This document shows positions 11,096 through 25,635 of a stretch of DNA of 64,000 nucleotides, one piece after another (within the stretch, counting starts at the first letter, position 1; every line of letters starts with the position of its first letter). Origin of the DNA: Eledone cirrhosa. Taxonomy: Eukaryota. The stretch is taken from positions 154,318,001 through 154,382,000 of the forward strand of contig OZ024743.1 in assembly GCA_964016885.1 (NCBI GenBank), read 5' to 3'. The notes beneath the pieces were generated by a model. That model had not been told where the DNA came from. It worked only from the letters and a program-made list of their open reading frames with translations, and ran no database searches. The position numbers and the translations under genes are program-made.

Positions 11096-13131
11096 TTACC
11101 AAGATGATATACACCGACATCCTCTTGGAAACACCCAGGACCAGCCAAAGGTTCTAATGTCCCTTCACCACAAGATCATGGTAAGTGCTCCTTGATCAGT
11201 TACACCGTTTCTCATCCAACATGGCCGTACTTAGAATAGGCAGTATAAATGTACGTGGCCTGGGGTATACAAATTGATTTTTCTCAGTTTAAGATGATCC
11301 CGGTTAGATCCCGAGATTCTTTGCTTAAACCTTTAATCTGTACAAGTGATAAATATTGGCTCTACCGGTCTATATATACCTATATATTTACAACCCTTAT
11401 CGAGTCGTCGTTGGATTCGTGTATTCGTATTTATTATTATGATATATATATATGTGCGTGTGTGTTTGTGTGTGCATGTGTCTGAGTGTGCGCGTCTCTG
11501 AGAGTGTGTGTGTGTATTTATTGTAGATGATATATAATTTATTCCAATGTTAGTGCCGCTGGTGGTAATATAGTCGGTGTGTTACTTTAGGTTACAAGTG
11601 ACAGTTATCGTGTAGTGCTATATGCATTTTTCTTTTACATGGGGATGCTACAGTGGTAAATCTTGTTCTCGCAAAACGAAAGAAAACTTGTATCGGATAT
11701 CTTTCAATGCTAGAAATAGCTTTTGGATATATTATGAATCATTACATTCTGATGATCTATGTATGGGTACAAATAATATTACTTTGTAAATAAGCCATAT
11801 AAATATTTTGAAAGAAAGAATCTGCGTTATCTAGGCCTATCATCAACATTACAGAAAAATGTCACAGATATATACTCCGCTCCCTGCGTAAACAGGGTAT
11901 ACTTTAATGACAAAAACATGGGTATACCTGAACGACAAATTTTGAAATAATCGAATCCGTTTCACCTCTCATCATTTATGTGTTGACCTACTAATCACAA
12001 GTATAGCTCCCATTGATGAAATATTCTAGATTTGGTCAAGAAGTAACATTCTACAGAGAATGAACAAAAAACTATACGGCTGATATGCAAAAATGTCTCA
12101 TCAAATGTACATAAAGCGTGTAATTTTGTGCAAAACGTCTTCCCTATTATTACTAATGTACCCTATTATTACTATGTACCCGCTTCCTTTTGTCTTTGAG
12201 TCATTACTAATATCTTAAATCGTGATTTCTCATTAAACGAATTTCCATAGTCCTTTTAACATCGAGCCAGCATGCTCTAGAATGTTCTTCCTCCATTTAT
12301 TTCTCATGAATCGGTAGAACTAGAAAATATATCGTTCTTTAAAATTGTTATGGAATATCCCTCATCGTCAGACTAAAAATTCATAAGAATATATAACACA
12401 GAAATAGAGTTACTGCAACATATTAATACATTATTTTGTGATACATAATATATAACATGTATGAATATATGTGATATATACATAATATATAACATGTATG
12501 AATAACAATAAGAGATGAATGAGTTTGTTGTGGTTGAAAGAGAATTTGAATTTCATATGGTTATCTTTTGACAAAGACGCATTTAAGAGTAGGAATTTTC
12601 ATATAATGAACATTTTGGGAGTGAACGAGTTTATAATCTGTAGTGAAAAGTTATAAGAGAGAATGTCTTTGAAAATGAAAGATAGCTGTCATATTCTCTT
12701 AAAAGAGACAAATAGCTGGGAAAGATATGAATTTCTCAATATCTTGTTAGTATTCTGTCCACGAATATTCATAGGCTTCAGTCTAGTTCAAATAATTAAA
12801 ACGTTACGATTGAATGAGGATGATTCTATGTCGCCATTCAATAGGATTAATATAACAATTGAAATTCTTTCGACAAATCAACCATCCACCATTTAACAAG
12901 TAACAGCATGCTTTAATACTGAAATAACAGACAGCATTACCCGTAACAGACGTTTGTAGCAAAATCAATGGATGATTTTAAAAAGTCAAGTTGAAAACCC
13001 CAATTCCTGTTGCATGTATGCTGATTAGAGTGAGTCCAATTATACTAATATAATATTTTGTATTATATTAGTATATTCTACAAATATTCTATATCATATT
13101 ATTCTGTATTATATTAAAGTAATTATACACA

Positions 13132-13323
13132 GGCGGTGTATTGGCAGAATCGGTAGAGGGTTGGACGCCATGCTTTGACGCATAGAGTTACGGCCCTTGT
13201 CATTCTGAGTTCAAATCCCGCCGAGGTTAACTTTGCCTTTCATCCTGACGGGGTCGATGAAATAAAGTACCAGTAATACACTGGAATAATTGCTGGCCTT
13301 GTGCCAAAAGTAGAAACAATTAT
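13132..13323 (+). mobile_element. tRNA-derived SINE, family A
   Basis: A-box-like TGGCAGAATCGG, B-box GAGTTCAAATCCC, body GCCTTTCATCC..GGGGTCGATGAAATAAAGTACCAG, tail GGCCTTGTGCC..AGAAACAATTA; several copies in the window. Confidence 0.85.
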
Positions 13324-14399
13324 ATTAAAGTAATTATATACGTTCATGTCAGTAGTTCCCATAATTTGTAATTATTATGAGCGCACTTATATTACTCCCA
13401 TCTAAATTAAAAAGGATAAAAACCTTTAACTACCCTATTACAAATTACTGCTTAAAACGGTAATGTTTTAACTCAGAATGAATCTATAAATAAGATCTAT
13501 ATCTTTATGAATAAATATCATTTTCAATAACATTAAACCTGATGACAGCTACAACTATTTATTCATTATATAAACGATTTCATAACTGAGGTTCTGATAC
13601 TAGATGACCATGATTATATTACAAATATTTGTTGGTAATTGATTAATCAAATTCAGATAAATAATCAACCTAATGTAGGATGCGACAAAATGTGGTTCAA
13701 TAATTTACAGACTTTACATTCTACTTAGTTAAAAAGAATTACAGATGTAGAGAAGATAGTGCATATGGATGCAGAAGTGAGCTAGGTTCAAAGGAGGAGA
13801 GTTAAACTCAATTCATAACTAATCATGTATATAAATTAAATTTTGTATGATTTGTTCTAGTTTTATTATCCTGGTTTCCATTTTAATTGTAATAATCTAT
13901 GAAATACACAGGCAAACAATTCTCTCAACAGTATTGTTAAGCTGGAGACTCTTACAAGTTAATTTTACCGATATTATTTGTTATTATACTGAATGATGAA
14001 GTATTGTACATTTGCACACCTGTGAGATTAATGTATTTGGCTGCTTCCACATGTTCATAAGGTCTACTCCCACTAGAGTTATTTCAATGTTCTTTTGAGC
14101 AAGACACATGGATCTGCTTCCACTCGACTTTTACAATAGTAAAGACAATGCTGGGAAAATTCTTCAGGAATTAACAGAGATGCATAAATTAAGCAGTTTT
14201 CAGATACAAGAAAATCAACCACCTATAAATGATGATTACACTATGATCTAACAAGGAAGCCTTTAATTGTCCACGTAATCTACAAATACATAGGATGAAA
14301 ATCTCCTGTAAACCCCAACATAGCGTCGTAAATTGCTTGTCTAATTAACACAATAGTATGGCTATGACAAGAATACTTTTGATCATAACATTATTAAAG

Positions 14400-17110
14400 C
14401 ATGGTTATTTATGATCTAAACAACAAGAAAAATAATGGAAAATATAATGAACACGAGACCGAAAAAACATACATAATTCTCACTCAATTAAATCACATTT
14501 CTAGAAATCAGTAACACACAAAACTATAAAAATGTCCATATTAAATACAATTCTGCGTGCTTTAGAAAACATCTAACAAATTAAATGAAATGTGAAGCCG
14601 AAAAGTAGCATTCATATATCAGAACAGGAAGACGATGGGGAGAAAGCAAGATTTTCATACCTGAAATGGTAGAACAGATATACGCTAGGCACAATTTGTG
14701 TACTGAATACTATACAATAACCGCTATAATATTAAAAAAGCGAACAATATATTTATTAATGAGAAGAATAGCAAATTACAGGGAAAAACTGTACACCCAT
14801 TAAACCCAAACAGAAAGTTCTTATCAGTTTTAACAAAACAAAATCTGCATACTAAAATATAAACAAAATGAAAAAAATGACGTACAAAATTAAAATGAAG
14901 GCAGAAATCCTCCAGAAATTAGTGAATATTCCAAGCAGTTAATTGGTGCAAAGCAGATTAAGTGATAAAACTTCACAAAAGACGAAATCAAACCTTAGTG
15001 ATGTTCTGCATGATATTATATGAGAAAAGAAATACAGAAATAAAGCAAGAAAGGAAAACAAATTGACAAATATACACTGGCAGAAATAGGAGAGAAAATA
15101 TGGAACTATGGGTGAGAGGACAAGTAAATATAGAAACGATAAGGCTTATGACAAATGAAGACATCCAAATATAATTGTGAAAGGAATCAAGAAACGCAAG
15201 GTAGATAAAATACTGTGCTGTGACCGATATCGGGTAAAACAGCGCAATGATTGTAATTTCATAACACGTTTCACATCAACATTAGTTATAGTGATGTAAC
15301 AAATCGAAAAGCTTATATGCTCTGTAGAGAGAAAATCATGACAAGTAATATGCAAGTTAAGAATGTCCTCCAGTATAATTAATTGCCACTCTAGTTATTC
15401 TGCACGACGTTTGAATAAAATACTCAAAACGATGAGATTTCCACTTGGTTACAAAATGAAAACCGACACCCTTAACATGTTATTATACATAGAGAGGGAG
15501 GGCTTAAGGCGGTGGATTGGCAGAGTCATTAGAGCGACGGACAAGTTGTTTTGCAGCATAGAGTTAGTATCCTCCCCATTTTGATCTCAAATCCCACCGA
15601 GGTTAGCTTTGTTTTTCATCCTTACGTGGTAGATGAAATAAAGTCACGGTAAGCCACTGGCGTCAATTTGATCGACTTCTCCTTCCCCCTTGTGCCTAAA
15701 TAAGAAACTATTATTTATAGATGGTTTGGAAATGCACGCAAATATATGGATTCACTATCTGAATCACTTCAAATGTCTAACAGATACATAATGAGGTTGT
15801 GTAAGATAGCAGAATGTGCAAATCACAAACAATGAAGGGATAATAAACAGAATGGAAAAATTAAAGTTCAATGAAATAGATTATTCATTTCTTGGAACCT
15901 GGACACAGGGAAACGTGCAAATATGAAAATCGAATCAAAAGGGAATGTACAGGATACATGATTGAAAGATTAATGAACATCTGTCTGCATACAAAGCTAA
16001 TTAGATGGTATAATATAGGTAGATTTGAAAGCTGGGATGCCAAACCTGTGCACTAGGTCCGCATGCAAACCTTCAGGAGATTCAGTCGGCCCTTAAAATA
16101 GGGACAGGATGATGCTCTTATCTAGTAGATTGTACGTAGCCACCAACTGCATGACAGACCGTTTCGCTACTATATCATTTGAAACTACTTTGAAAGGTAG
16201 CAGCAATTGTAACAATCTTTATTACAAAAGGAAACCTGTTTCTATGACTCTCGGTTTCTCTGTCTGTCCATTACCTGTCATATGTAAATATATATTAATT
16301 CTGGTTGTATATGTTTGTCTATGTGTGTTTGTGTCATCATAAAAACGTGAACTGTCATCGATAGTAATATGCGGCACTCATCTATATTTGCAGTGTTAAT
16401 ATGGTCCTTTCATGCAAAGAAGTTTGAGAACCTTTGAATTAGACTAAATATTTAGAACAAAAGGCGGCATTAAAATGCTATACTTCTACAAAGGAATATG
16501 ATTAAATATGGCTGTTTGGCTGGAATAAGAATTTGTAAAGAACAAAAAATAAAACAGGTAAAAGAAATATGAGAATAATACCAGTGAGAAATCAGACATT
16601 GAGTGAAAATTAAACAACTCCATTGAAAATATATTATATAGATTAATACATCTGACTATAACATTGGTAGAATCCATCGGTTGATCACTAACAGAAACAC
16701 AGAAACAACTCTTTTCTATTCAGAAAAGGAACTTTCGCTGAAGAATTTTCAGGTATTCTAAAACAAAAGAATATCAACAAGGAAATGGAATGATTATGTG
16801 CCTTAGAGTTTAATGAACATGATTGACGAACAACATTATGGGCATGTCAGCATGTCAGTGCACATCGGTAAAGATACTGTCGCCTATTTGTTGTACACAA
16901 TTAAAAAAAGTCTATTTTGATAGATCATGTCTCGTAGGCAAAAAAATATCGGAGAAAAAATAATTAGAAGTACTTACAGACACAAATAGTAGAATAGGTA
17001 ACAAGGTTTACAATGTCTACACCTATTGTAAATCAAGTTCTGAGAGGGATTGTAACAGAAACAAAAAGGATTAAAAAATCGTCTGACTCACTGAACTATA
17101 GAAGGAGATT
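14400..17110 (+). mobile_element. Very decayed R4/Dong-like LINE, interrupted by a SINE
   Basis: Purine-rich coding-like tract; decayed RT core near 15715-15820 (F.D.L.M.A ... ECA) and possible RLE remnants at 16700-17110; no intact ORF. Confidence 0.35.
15507..15716 (+). mobile_element. tRNA-derived SINE, family A
   Basis: Homologous to 13132-13323; tail CCCTTGTGCCTAAATAAGAAACTATTATT. Confidence 0.8.
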
Positions 17111-17269
17111 GATGAGAAACTTACTAATAGATAAAAATAGATGTTCGTAGCACAACAGGTCTTTGGCTGTATCATTCCATCACGTCATCCCATGCTCTGG
17201 CGGTTTTCTTCTATCATATGTAGTGTGTATATTGGTATTATACGCAAATATACATATGTAAACTGACGA

Positions 17270-17875
17270 TATCTTCTTCGCCCACTTATTTCTGAGCGGG
17301 TCGTGGGGGCAGAGCCTTCTCAAACACTCCTTACAGCGAGTCTGTCAGAAGCAAACATCTCTAACTGATCCAACTGGATCCCAAAACGTCACCAGCCAAG
17401 CTCATGGATGTTATCCAACTATCTTGATCAGGGCCTAACCCAGCGTCTCTTGCCGGTTGGCTTTGCCTGTAAAATGTGTCCAGCGATTCTTTACTGAGAC
17501 ATTCTAACCACATGAGCTATGCACTTTATCGAGTAACGATACTCCAAAGACCCCTCGGAGGAATCCCATTTCTGCAGCTTTTATTTGCAATCGTATGCTT
17601 TTGGTCATTACCCAAGATTCATGATCCTCGGTAAGAGTAGGCAGGAATACCGGGAAAACAGCGAGTTTGGCTTATACACCTACCCGCTTATTCTGATTGC
17701 TGAGGCTGGCGCATTACTGTATCAGCTTTTTCAATTCTTGCACTAAATTCAGCCTCCTGCATTCCATCACTCATGAACACGGTTTCAATATACTTGAACT
17801 TCTCTAACTGCTTCAGTAGAATTCCATTCACATGTATATAAATTTGAGGGACTTCTGTCCACCCGTCCATCGTCC
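17270..17875 (-). mobile_element. RTE-clade LINE 3' fragment
   Basis: NGILLKQLEKFKYIE..EFSARIEKA (RTE thumb-region pattern: L..V..FKYLG..E...RI.KA). Confidence 0.65.
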
Positions 17876-17989
17876 ATCACACAATGTGTATGTGTGTTTG
17901 TGTGAATGTATGTGTGTAAAAGGAAGGAAAGGGATACACACATATAGGTCTCTAACTTAAAAACAGTGACCCACATACACACACTGTCC

Positions 17990-18445
17990 TATTACCACTC
18001 AAGTGATTTGACCCGGGCAAACATCACATCAAATTTGGAACCGTCTGGGTTGTCCAGAATTGATGGGAAAAGACTCGACGGTCTTAATCTGTGCTCCTGG
18101 TCAAGAGGCAGGTTCCTCACCTAAGACGTTACAGTTAGTGACTCTTTTGCTTCTTTCCACATTCTGGATGCAGCGGTAAGGGCGAGAGCTACAGCATCCG
18201 CAGCTGAACGGAACAAAATCCTAAAATACCGTGTTCTGTCAGCAACGACTTTATCCAGCCTGTGGCGTTCGAGATGTTTGGGGGAGTCGAGCTACTGACA
18301 GCGAGGTTCTTATCCTCACTGGCGGCTCGCCAAACAGAGGTAACTGGTGATGCTCGTGAGGGCACTTAGTTGGTCCAGCACCTCAGCCTCGCCATTACCA
18401 CAGGTAACGCTGCCAGCGTACTGGCTTGCTTCAACAATTATTAGA
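17990..18445 (+). mobile_element. CRE-clade non-LTR retrotransposon, C-terminal RLE fragment
   Basis: Translates as LEPSGLSRIDGKRLDG..W..G..L.*DVTV..AERNKILKY..PVAFE..LSLAITTGNAASVL. Confidence 0.7.
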
Positions 18446-18531
18446 GAGGTTTCCCAGTGATCATCACTATATTGCTATCTTTTTCTCTGGTAGCGGCTCG
18501 TTTTTCCCACTCTTTCGCTTGCATTTGTCGT

Positions 18532-18645
18532 CTGGCTGAGTGGTTAGAGAATTGTATTCGCAATCGTAAGGTTGTGAGTTCGATTCCTGGACCAGGCGAT
18601 GCGTTATGTCCCTGAGCAAGACACTTTATTTCACGTTGCTCCTTC
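18532..18645 (+). mobile_element. tRNA-derived SINE, family B
   Basis: TGGCTGAGTGGTTAG A-box, GAGTTCGATTCCT B-box, body GTCCCTGAGCAAGACACTT. Confidence 0.75.
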
Positions 18646-19061
18646 TACCTGGAGTTGCGACCGATAGATAGTATTAGCAATTGGAAAGACCAACGGAAAC
18701 ATTGTTCCCTCGGTCCGATTTGACAAAAAAGTCGATCGTTCCTTTTGTCGTCTAAGATGTGTGTATTACGTGCTTGTGTATTTGTTCTCTTTGTTTTTTT
18801 CCTTACCCTTTCCTTTGTATATATTATATGTGTTAGTGTTTTCATTCTGTTGTCATTATATAACATTTTTATAGAAATGAGTTTTTAAAAAAAGTGTTAA
18901 ACTGTGTTGTTAATAAATAAATAAAAAGTTGTACTTTTATACTCCCATTTCCAATTCACCGAACGCTATCATGACTGTATGCCTGTTTGTGTGTTTGTGT
19001 AAATGTATATGTGTGAATGTATGTATATGTTCGTGTGAAAATATGTGTATTTGTGTGAATG

Positions 19062-19440
19062 GGACGTCACAGTTAGTGACTCTTTTGCTTCTTCCCACAT
19101 CCTTGGATGCAGTGGTAAGGGTGAGAGTTACAGCATCCGCAGCTGAACGGAACAAAATCCTAAAATACCGCATTATCCAGCCTATGTGGTCTTAGATATG
19201 TGCATTGCGTGCTTGTGTATTTTTTCCTCTTCTTTTTTTTTTCGTTTTCCTTTCCTTTGTATATATTATATTTGTCTGTGTTTTCGTTCTGTAACCATTA
19301 TATTAAATTTTTATACAAATGAGTTTAAAAAAAAGTTAAACTGTGTTGTTAATAAATAAATAACACGTTATACTTGTTTTGAATTTCCAATTTACCGAAC
19401 GCTATCATGATGGTATGGGTGTGTTTGTAAATGAATGTGT
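19062..19440 (+). repeat. Local duplication of 18125-18265 fused to 18750-19010
   Basis: Direct alignment by eye. Confidence 0.85.
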
Positions 19441-19841
19441 GAATGTGTGTTTGTGTAAATATATATGTGTGAAAGTATGTGTATTTAGTTGAATGTATGT
19501 CCGTGAGCGTGTATTTTTATAAGTTTGTGTTTGCGCGATTATTGTTATATACTCATAATAGTTATATACTCATACATATAGATGTATGTCAGTGCACCAT
19601 TATACGCGTCAGCGTGTAGAAAATCATAATCACTCTACCTCTCTCACCACAACCTCTCCCTTTCTATATATATATATATGGTAGCTGAAGTGGTGGTGGT
19701 GGTGACGACATACCGGATGTGAAGAAATTTGAAACTTCGAAAAGAAGTCAATTTTAAATTATTTATATTTACGAAATTTAGTTACGAAATTTAGTACATA
19801 AATTATGTAATATTCGTTCATTATTTATTCAAATTATTGTA

Positions 19842-20012
19842 TCGGTAGAGAGTTGGACGCCATGCTTTCCAGCATAGTTATGTCCCTTTACGATCTGAGT
19901 TCAAATCCCGCCGAGGTTAACTTTGTCTTTCATCCTTACGAGGTCGATCAAATAAAGTACCAGTAATATACTGGGTATTTGCTGGCCGTGTGCCTAAAGT
20001 AGAAACAATTAT
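19842..20012 (+). mobile_element. tRNA-derived SINE, family A (5' end clipped)
   Basis: Homologous to 13132-13323. Confidence 0.85.
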
Positions 20013-22213
20013 TTATTCAAATTAACCCAAATTAACCGTACGCAGTCCCACACTCCATACTTTATTATAGTTTAGATTCCATTTTACGCTTATCAATGAA
20101 TCCTTGATAACGTTTCGCAACCAACTGAGTAACAGATATCTGCCATGACGTGCTACATATACCGAATCTATAGTCTACAAAATTGACAAATATTTTTGTC
20201 ACTTCATAAGCATAAAGTACACATTATAGAATATATATTCCTCTGTTGAAGAAAATAACAGGCGTGATAGCAACCAGAGTAATATTTCTACTATTCACAT
20301 CTTCACTGGGAGCAGGGTTACATTGTGGTTTGTGGAAGAATATCGCACTTAACTGTCACGAATGGATAAATTATGTATTCTGAGGTTAAGCAAAAATTAA
20401 AATGATTCATTACATACAAGATTAAGCTGAGAAAAACAAAACAAAAGAGGAATTGTAAGCCTTATAGCTTTCACCATTTCAGTAACTAAGCCGAAGACAC
20501 ATCTCTATTCATTGAAACAAATATTGATGAATTACATTTTATTTAAGTATTCTTGATTACATTAGATTGCATGATATACGAGCGCTTAATATGCTGGATT
20601 ATTTATTCTAACAGTCATAAATTCCTCATACATGTAATCAAGTTCATACTTGCTTCAGCTGGTGTAACGTGATTTTGTTTGTTTGAATGTTCAGGTTTAT
20701 ATGCAGGGAATATACAGCGGTAAAACACCTACTTTGACAATTGATAGAAAGGTAATTGTAAACATATTTGAGAAAATGAATTACGATTTGGAATAAGAAG
20801 CGAATTACACGCTAAAATATTTCATTGTCTACTCGTATTTAGCCAGAACCATAAAGGTCTGTCTTTTTCTTTCAAATGTATTTGATTATGTATAATATTA
20901 GTTTTGATAAAATGCAGGTCTTAGCTGCCTAACACAAAGCAGAAAAAAAGAAAACCGGAAGTAAAACGAAAACAAATTACACATCTCAACATTTTGACAG
21001 TATGCAAAAAAGTTAATAGTATGATATCAGTATTATATTAGTTTCTTGCAATTGTTAGGCATGTTAGGAATTGATGGGAGAAGTGTTATTATTTGTGTTT
21101 TGTTCTTTCACAATTATCCTGCACATAGAATTTCATTGAATGAGAGTAACAAAGCCCAAAATGAAAACCACAGTATAATTTTATTTGTTGCATTAGTTTG
21201 GGGATTAAGAATTCAAGAACTGAATATTTAGCTTAAAATAAACCGGCATCAATAATTAATATCTGTTAAAACAGAATATTAACCATTGATTTTCTATCAC
21301 AAACTTCCCCTTGGAAATTATAACATTTCTTTCATTCTACATATTAAACCTGTACTATTATTTTACATGATGTTATTACTGCCAAACTATGTATGTGATC
21401 TTATTTTACTTATGTCTCTAATGCTGTTGGGAAAGGCATGATTGACCTACATTACCACTTCTTAGAGATCAATAATATTGATATGATGATGGATATTTCT
21501 GATCACAAAAGTTCAACCTACAGTATTTATTCTAGAATAACCTGATATGAATATATATATATATAATTGATCTTATCTTTATTCTGTTGTAGAATGAAAT
21601 GTAATTTAAAGCTAAATTAAATATAATAAAACGAAAAAAAAGAAAACCAATATATTAGGTTCAAACTATTCATGGTGTAATGCGAGATTAAGACTCACAA
21701 TAAAATAATACATCACCATCGGAAGCATTTTGCGCACACAGCCACGCACACACACATGTATACACATACACACAAACAGTCGAAGTTTATGATACATTTA
21801 TCCCTGTATATATGCGGTAAACTAGGCTGAATAAATGTTTATATAACGTTACACATCGCGCATACTGACATGTAAGCATGACAAAAACACTTATCTCTTT
21901 ACAGCTTGAGAAAATAATGCATATATTTAAAGGATATTTGAATCGAATTGGTTTCTTTATGCTGCTCTACTCAATTCAGCTATCAAAACGGATTTTAACT
22001 GTAATTCAAAGGGCTAGCCTTGTCATACACTATATTGCACCAGTCTGAGAATTGCGTTAAGCGTATCCGTGTTTGTGAAATTCTCAATCATTTGCACTTT
22101 AATTTCGTTGGAACACTGGACGTCGGAATTAATGAAAGTTCATCTCACAGACACATAGTTTGTGTTAGAGAGTATGTATGTGTGTGTGATTGTGAGTGTG
22201 TGTATTGGTGTGT

Positions 22214-22272
<59 letters not shown>

Positions 22273-22279
<7 letters not shown>

Positions 22280-22976
22280 AATTTATATCTAGTAACATTT
22301 ATATACACACAGATGCATATCAATGCTAGCAAATATATAGATTTTGTCTTATTAACAATGTGGTTCAATGCATGGGGTTGCAGAATAATATTCTGGAATG
22401 GAGTAAAATAAGAAAAGTTAATTTTATAATTTTCTTATTTTACGTCTCTCATATTATTGTTCTGCAACCCCATGCATTGAACCACATTGTTAATAAGACA
22501 AAACCAATATATTTGCTAGCATTGATATGCATCTGTGTGTATCTAAATGTTACTAGATATAAATTCCTTATAATTATCTCCAATTCATTTGTCGAGCAAT
22601 ATTTGGCCATGACTGCTACTATGGTAGTAGGCTGGCCGCTGTCTTAATAACCACTCGCTTTCCACTGATTGACCTCGATGTCACGTGATTGATTCTTTTT
22701 GAATTTGCCACAGACGTAGAGGCAGTGATTTTCTCAATGGCTTGGAATCCAGTCCACGCATCGCTATTTCCATTCCACTGAATTATTTTTTTAATAAGTT
22801 TCCAGTGTCCTCGCTATACCTGGAGACCTATACGGAAAAAGACTTTCCTGATGACGGAATGATTTTCTGTATGTTTCTTCGGAAAATATATTTACTCCAT
22901 TCCAGAAACTAATTAGTTGGAAGTGATTTTTTAGTAAGTAAGTTAATTTTATAATTTTCTTAATTTACGTCTCTCA
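22273..22976 (+). mobile_element. Non-coding PLE-like terminal fragment with 5' fold-back, between (TA)n tracts
   Basis: ~118-bp inverted arms (22273-22390 / 22443-22572); spacer re-used at 22890-22976; hammerhead inside. Confidence 0.6.
22842..22924 (+). ncRNA. Type I hammerhead ribozyme motif with long stem II
   Basis: ACTTTC-CTGATGA-CGGAATG...CATTCCA-GAAAC-TAATTA-GTT-GGAAGT; stem II closing pair mismatched. Confidence 0.6.
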
Positions 22977-22997
22977 TATATATATATATATATATTT

Positions 22998-23031
<34 letters not shown>

Positions 23032-23443
23032 CATGTGTAGCAATAGATATAGGAATATAAATGTGAAATGTTTTTACATTTCCTTTCGCCACGTTTGATG
23101 AAAGTGGCACAAGAAATGATTTGCTCATAATGCAGGGGCGTACCTTGTGTAACCTTTTCCGTTTCTTCCATTCTGTTTCATCTTTCAGCTTCCGATGAAA
23201 GTATTACGTCCGAAAGGTTAATAATCTTTTCCTACAGATCTCTGTTTCATACTGTTGGTATTCCTCAGAGCTTAGCACTTCTCTTGTTAGTTGAAAATTA
23301 TGAATATTGGATTCTTATAGAATTCAAGTAGTAATCAGGAACTGATTGTAACTGATTATAAAATGCTTTTAATTAAGCATACAGTGTATTGCAAAATAGA
23401 CTATATATACATTCATATATATAATGCTATTTCAGAGCACCAA

Positions 23444-23630
<187 letters not shown>

Positions 23631-24219
23631 TAGAAATTTAGAGAAAGTGAGCAATACACAGACCGATATTGATAAATAAGTTGATCATGAAACACATTTA
23701 AATATTGCAGTTTACTGTTTTACATCCTGTTATACATCCATTAGTAAAATGATTGGAAATATGATTGGAGTTAGTTACATATACAAAGACTTAACTCATA
23801 GTTAAAAGTCTAATACTGTAGATATGGGCTTTAAAGCTATATTGATTAATATTGATTTCAGCAGAGGCAAAAAGTCTCAAATTTGTGAATGGACATAGTC
23901 GATTGTATCGACCACAACACATGATTTTTATTGTAATTTACCAGAGAATCATATCGTTAACCATCTCAATTCGTCTTGCTTTTATAAACATGAAGATCCA
24001 TTTTCACGTTATTTATATGAATTGTTACATACCAGGATACTAATTATATCACCCTTGTGAGAGATAGGCATAAGAAAGAAACATATGGTAAAATCTCACA
24101 CATGTAAACTAATGATGTGAAACTCCTAATTTAACTGATATTAACTGTACTTCCTAAATGGTTCTCCAGTCTCCGCCAATTATTTACTACTTTAGACAAC
24201 AGATTAATTTACATCTTAA

Positions 24220-24285
24220 TATTTGTTTCTACTTTAGGCACAAGGCCAGCAACTAACCAGTTCATTACTGGTACTTTATTTTATG
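24220..24285 (-). mobile_element. SINE family A 3' fragment
   Basis: TTTCTACTTTAGGCACAAGGCCAGCAA..ACTGGTACTTTATTT. Confidence 0.7.
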
Positions 24286-25635
24286 AACATAGTAAGTGTC
24301 AGGAATTGCAGATGATACCAACTCATATACATCATCTCCGGGCACCAATAACAAGTTATTATGCACAGTCTTATAAACTGCAACTAAATGGACAAGCGAA
24401 AGTGAGCAACAATTTATTTCGTCTAAAACACAATTGATTGATTTCTATACTCCTGAACCTGTCAATTATTAATGTGATAAAATGTACTTAATGAACCAGA
24501 TATTAATGCAGCAAAATCCGTTAACATACTAGTTATTTGGTTACAAAATACTTTGAAATGGCAAACTCATTTTAAGCACTCACTGAAAAAATGATCAGAA
24601 ATAGCATGAAAGCAAAATTAAGTCAAATAAATATCTCTACCTAATATATAAACTCTTTAGATTACATGATAGTAAAGTGATTAATATTCGTTAACATCTT
24701 TAAAACTATCAGGCACTTAAACAAAACTCTGTTCGTTTCAAATGCTCCATCTACTGTTACAATATATTCTATCACGAACTGTTCCTACTGACCCCCCGTT
24801 TATATTCTCGTAAAAACTGCCCAGAAAATCATGGACAATAATTGTTTAAGTAAGATCATTAAAATATTCGAAAATTAGAGGTAAAATATTATAACAAAGA
24901 TCTCCCAAATGTAAACATCTGCAAAAAGAATCTACGACTGAAACATTTATTTTTTTACAAATTACATTTTCTTTATGCTTCCCGTTGATCTACTTCTCCT
25001 TTTTTTCTTTTGATGTCTGTCTCTCTTGTTTTGGTTTTTGTTGCATTGTGTACTAGATATTTCCTCTAATCTATCATGGATTACTAGATCGTTAAGGACA
25101 TTTATTATTGATCGAATGAATAAAACCTTTAAAAAACAGAGCGGATCTTGTCTTTAAAGGGAACTGATGAATACAGATATATTTTGCTTTTAGTTGACAT
25201 ATTCATTAGCTGGAAAGGCTAGGACTGAGTCCGAATTCCGATGTCTTCACCTTCGAGGTGGATGTTCGCAGATTAAAAAACTTACCGACGATACCGCTAG
25301 TCAACCTGGAGTCACGGTCTCTAACACATGCCAAAGCGATGTCTCTGGAGTAAAGGAAGAGAAAAAACAATAACTTATAGCAATTAAGACATAAAAGGTA
25401 CACATAGAATGTTATGTGACGAATAGGGGAAGTTATTCTGATTTTCTAGCAACGAAATTGTCGTGTGAATGAAAAAAGAAGGTAAAAAAAAAAGAAAGGA
25501 AAAAGGCAAAGGGAGGAAATTAAAATATCGTGTTAGAAATGTATTCCATTGAAATTATTGGGGGAGAAGAAAGAACACGTCCGTCACAGATTAGTAATAA
25601 TAAAATTTAAAAAAGATTAACAAAATATATTAATA

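Noticed and set aside
16030-16095. hAT/Charlie-like terminal sequence
   Set aside because: Only a short, weak resemblance; no partner end or TSD found
13132-18645. tRNA genes at 13132, 15507 and 18532
   Set aside because: A/B boxes are present but there is no proper cloverleaf, and each is followed by a SINE body
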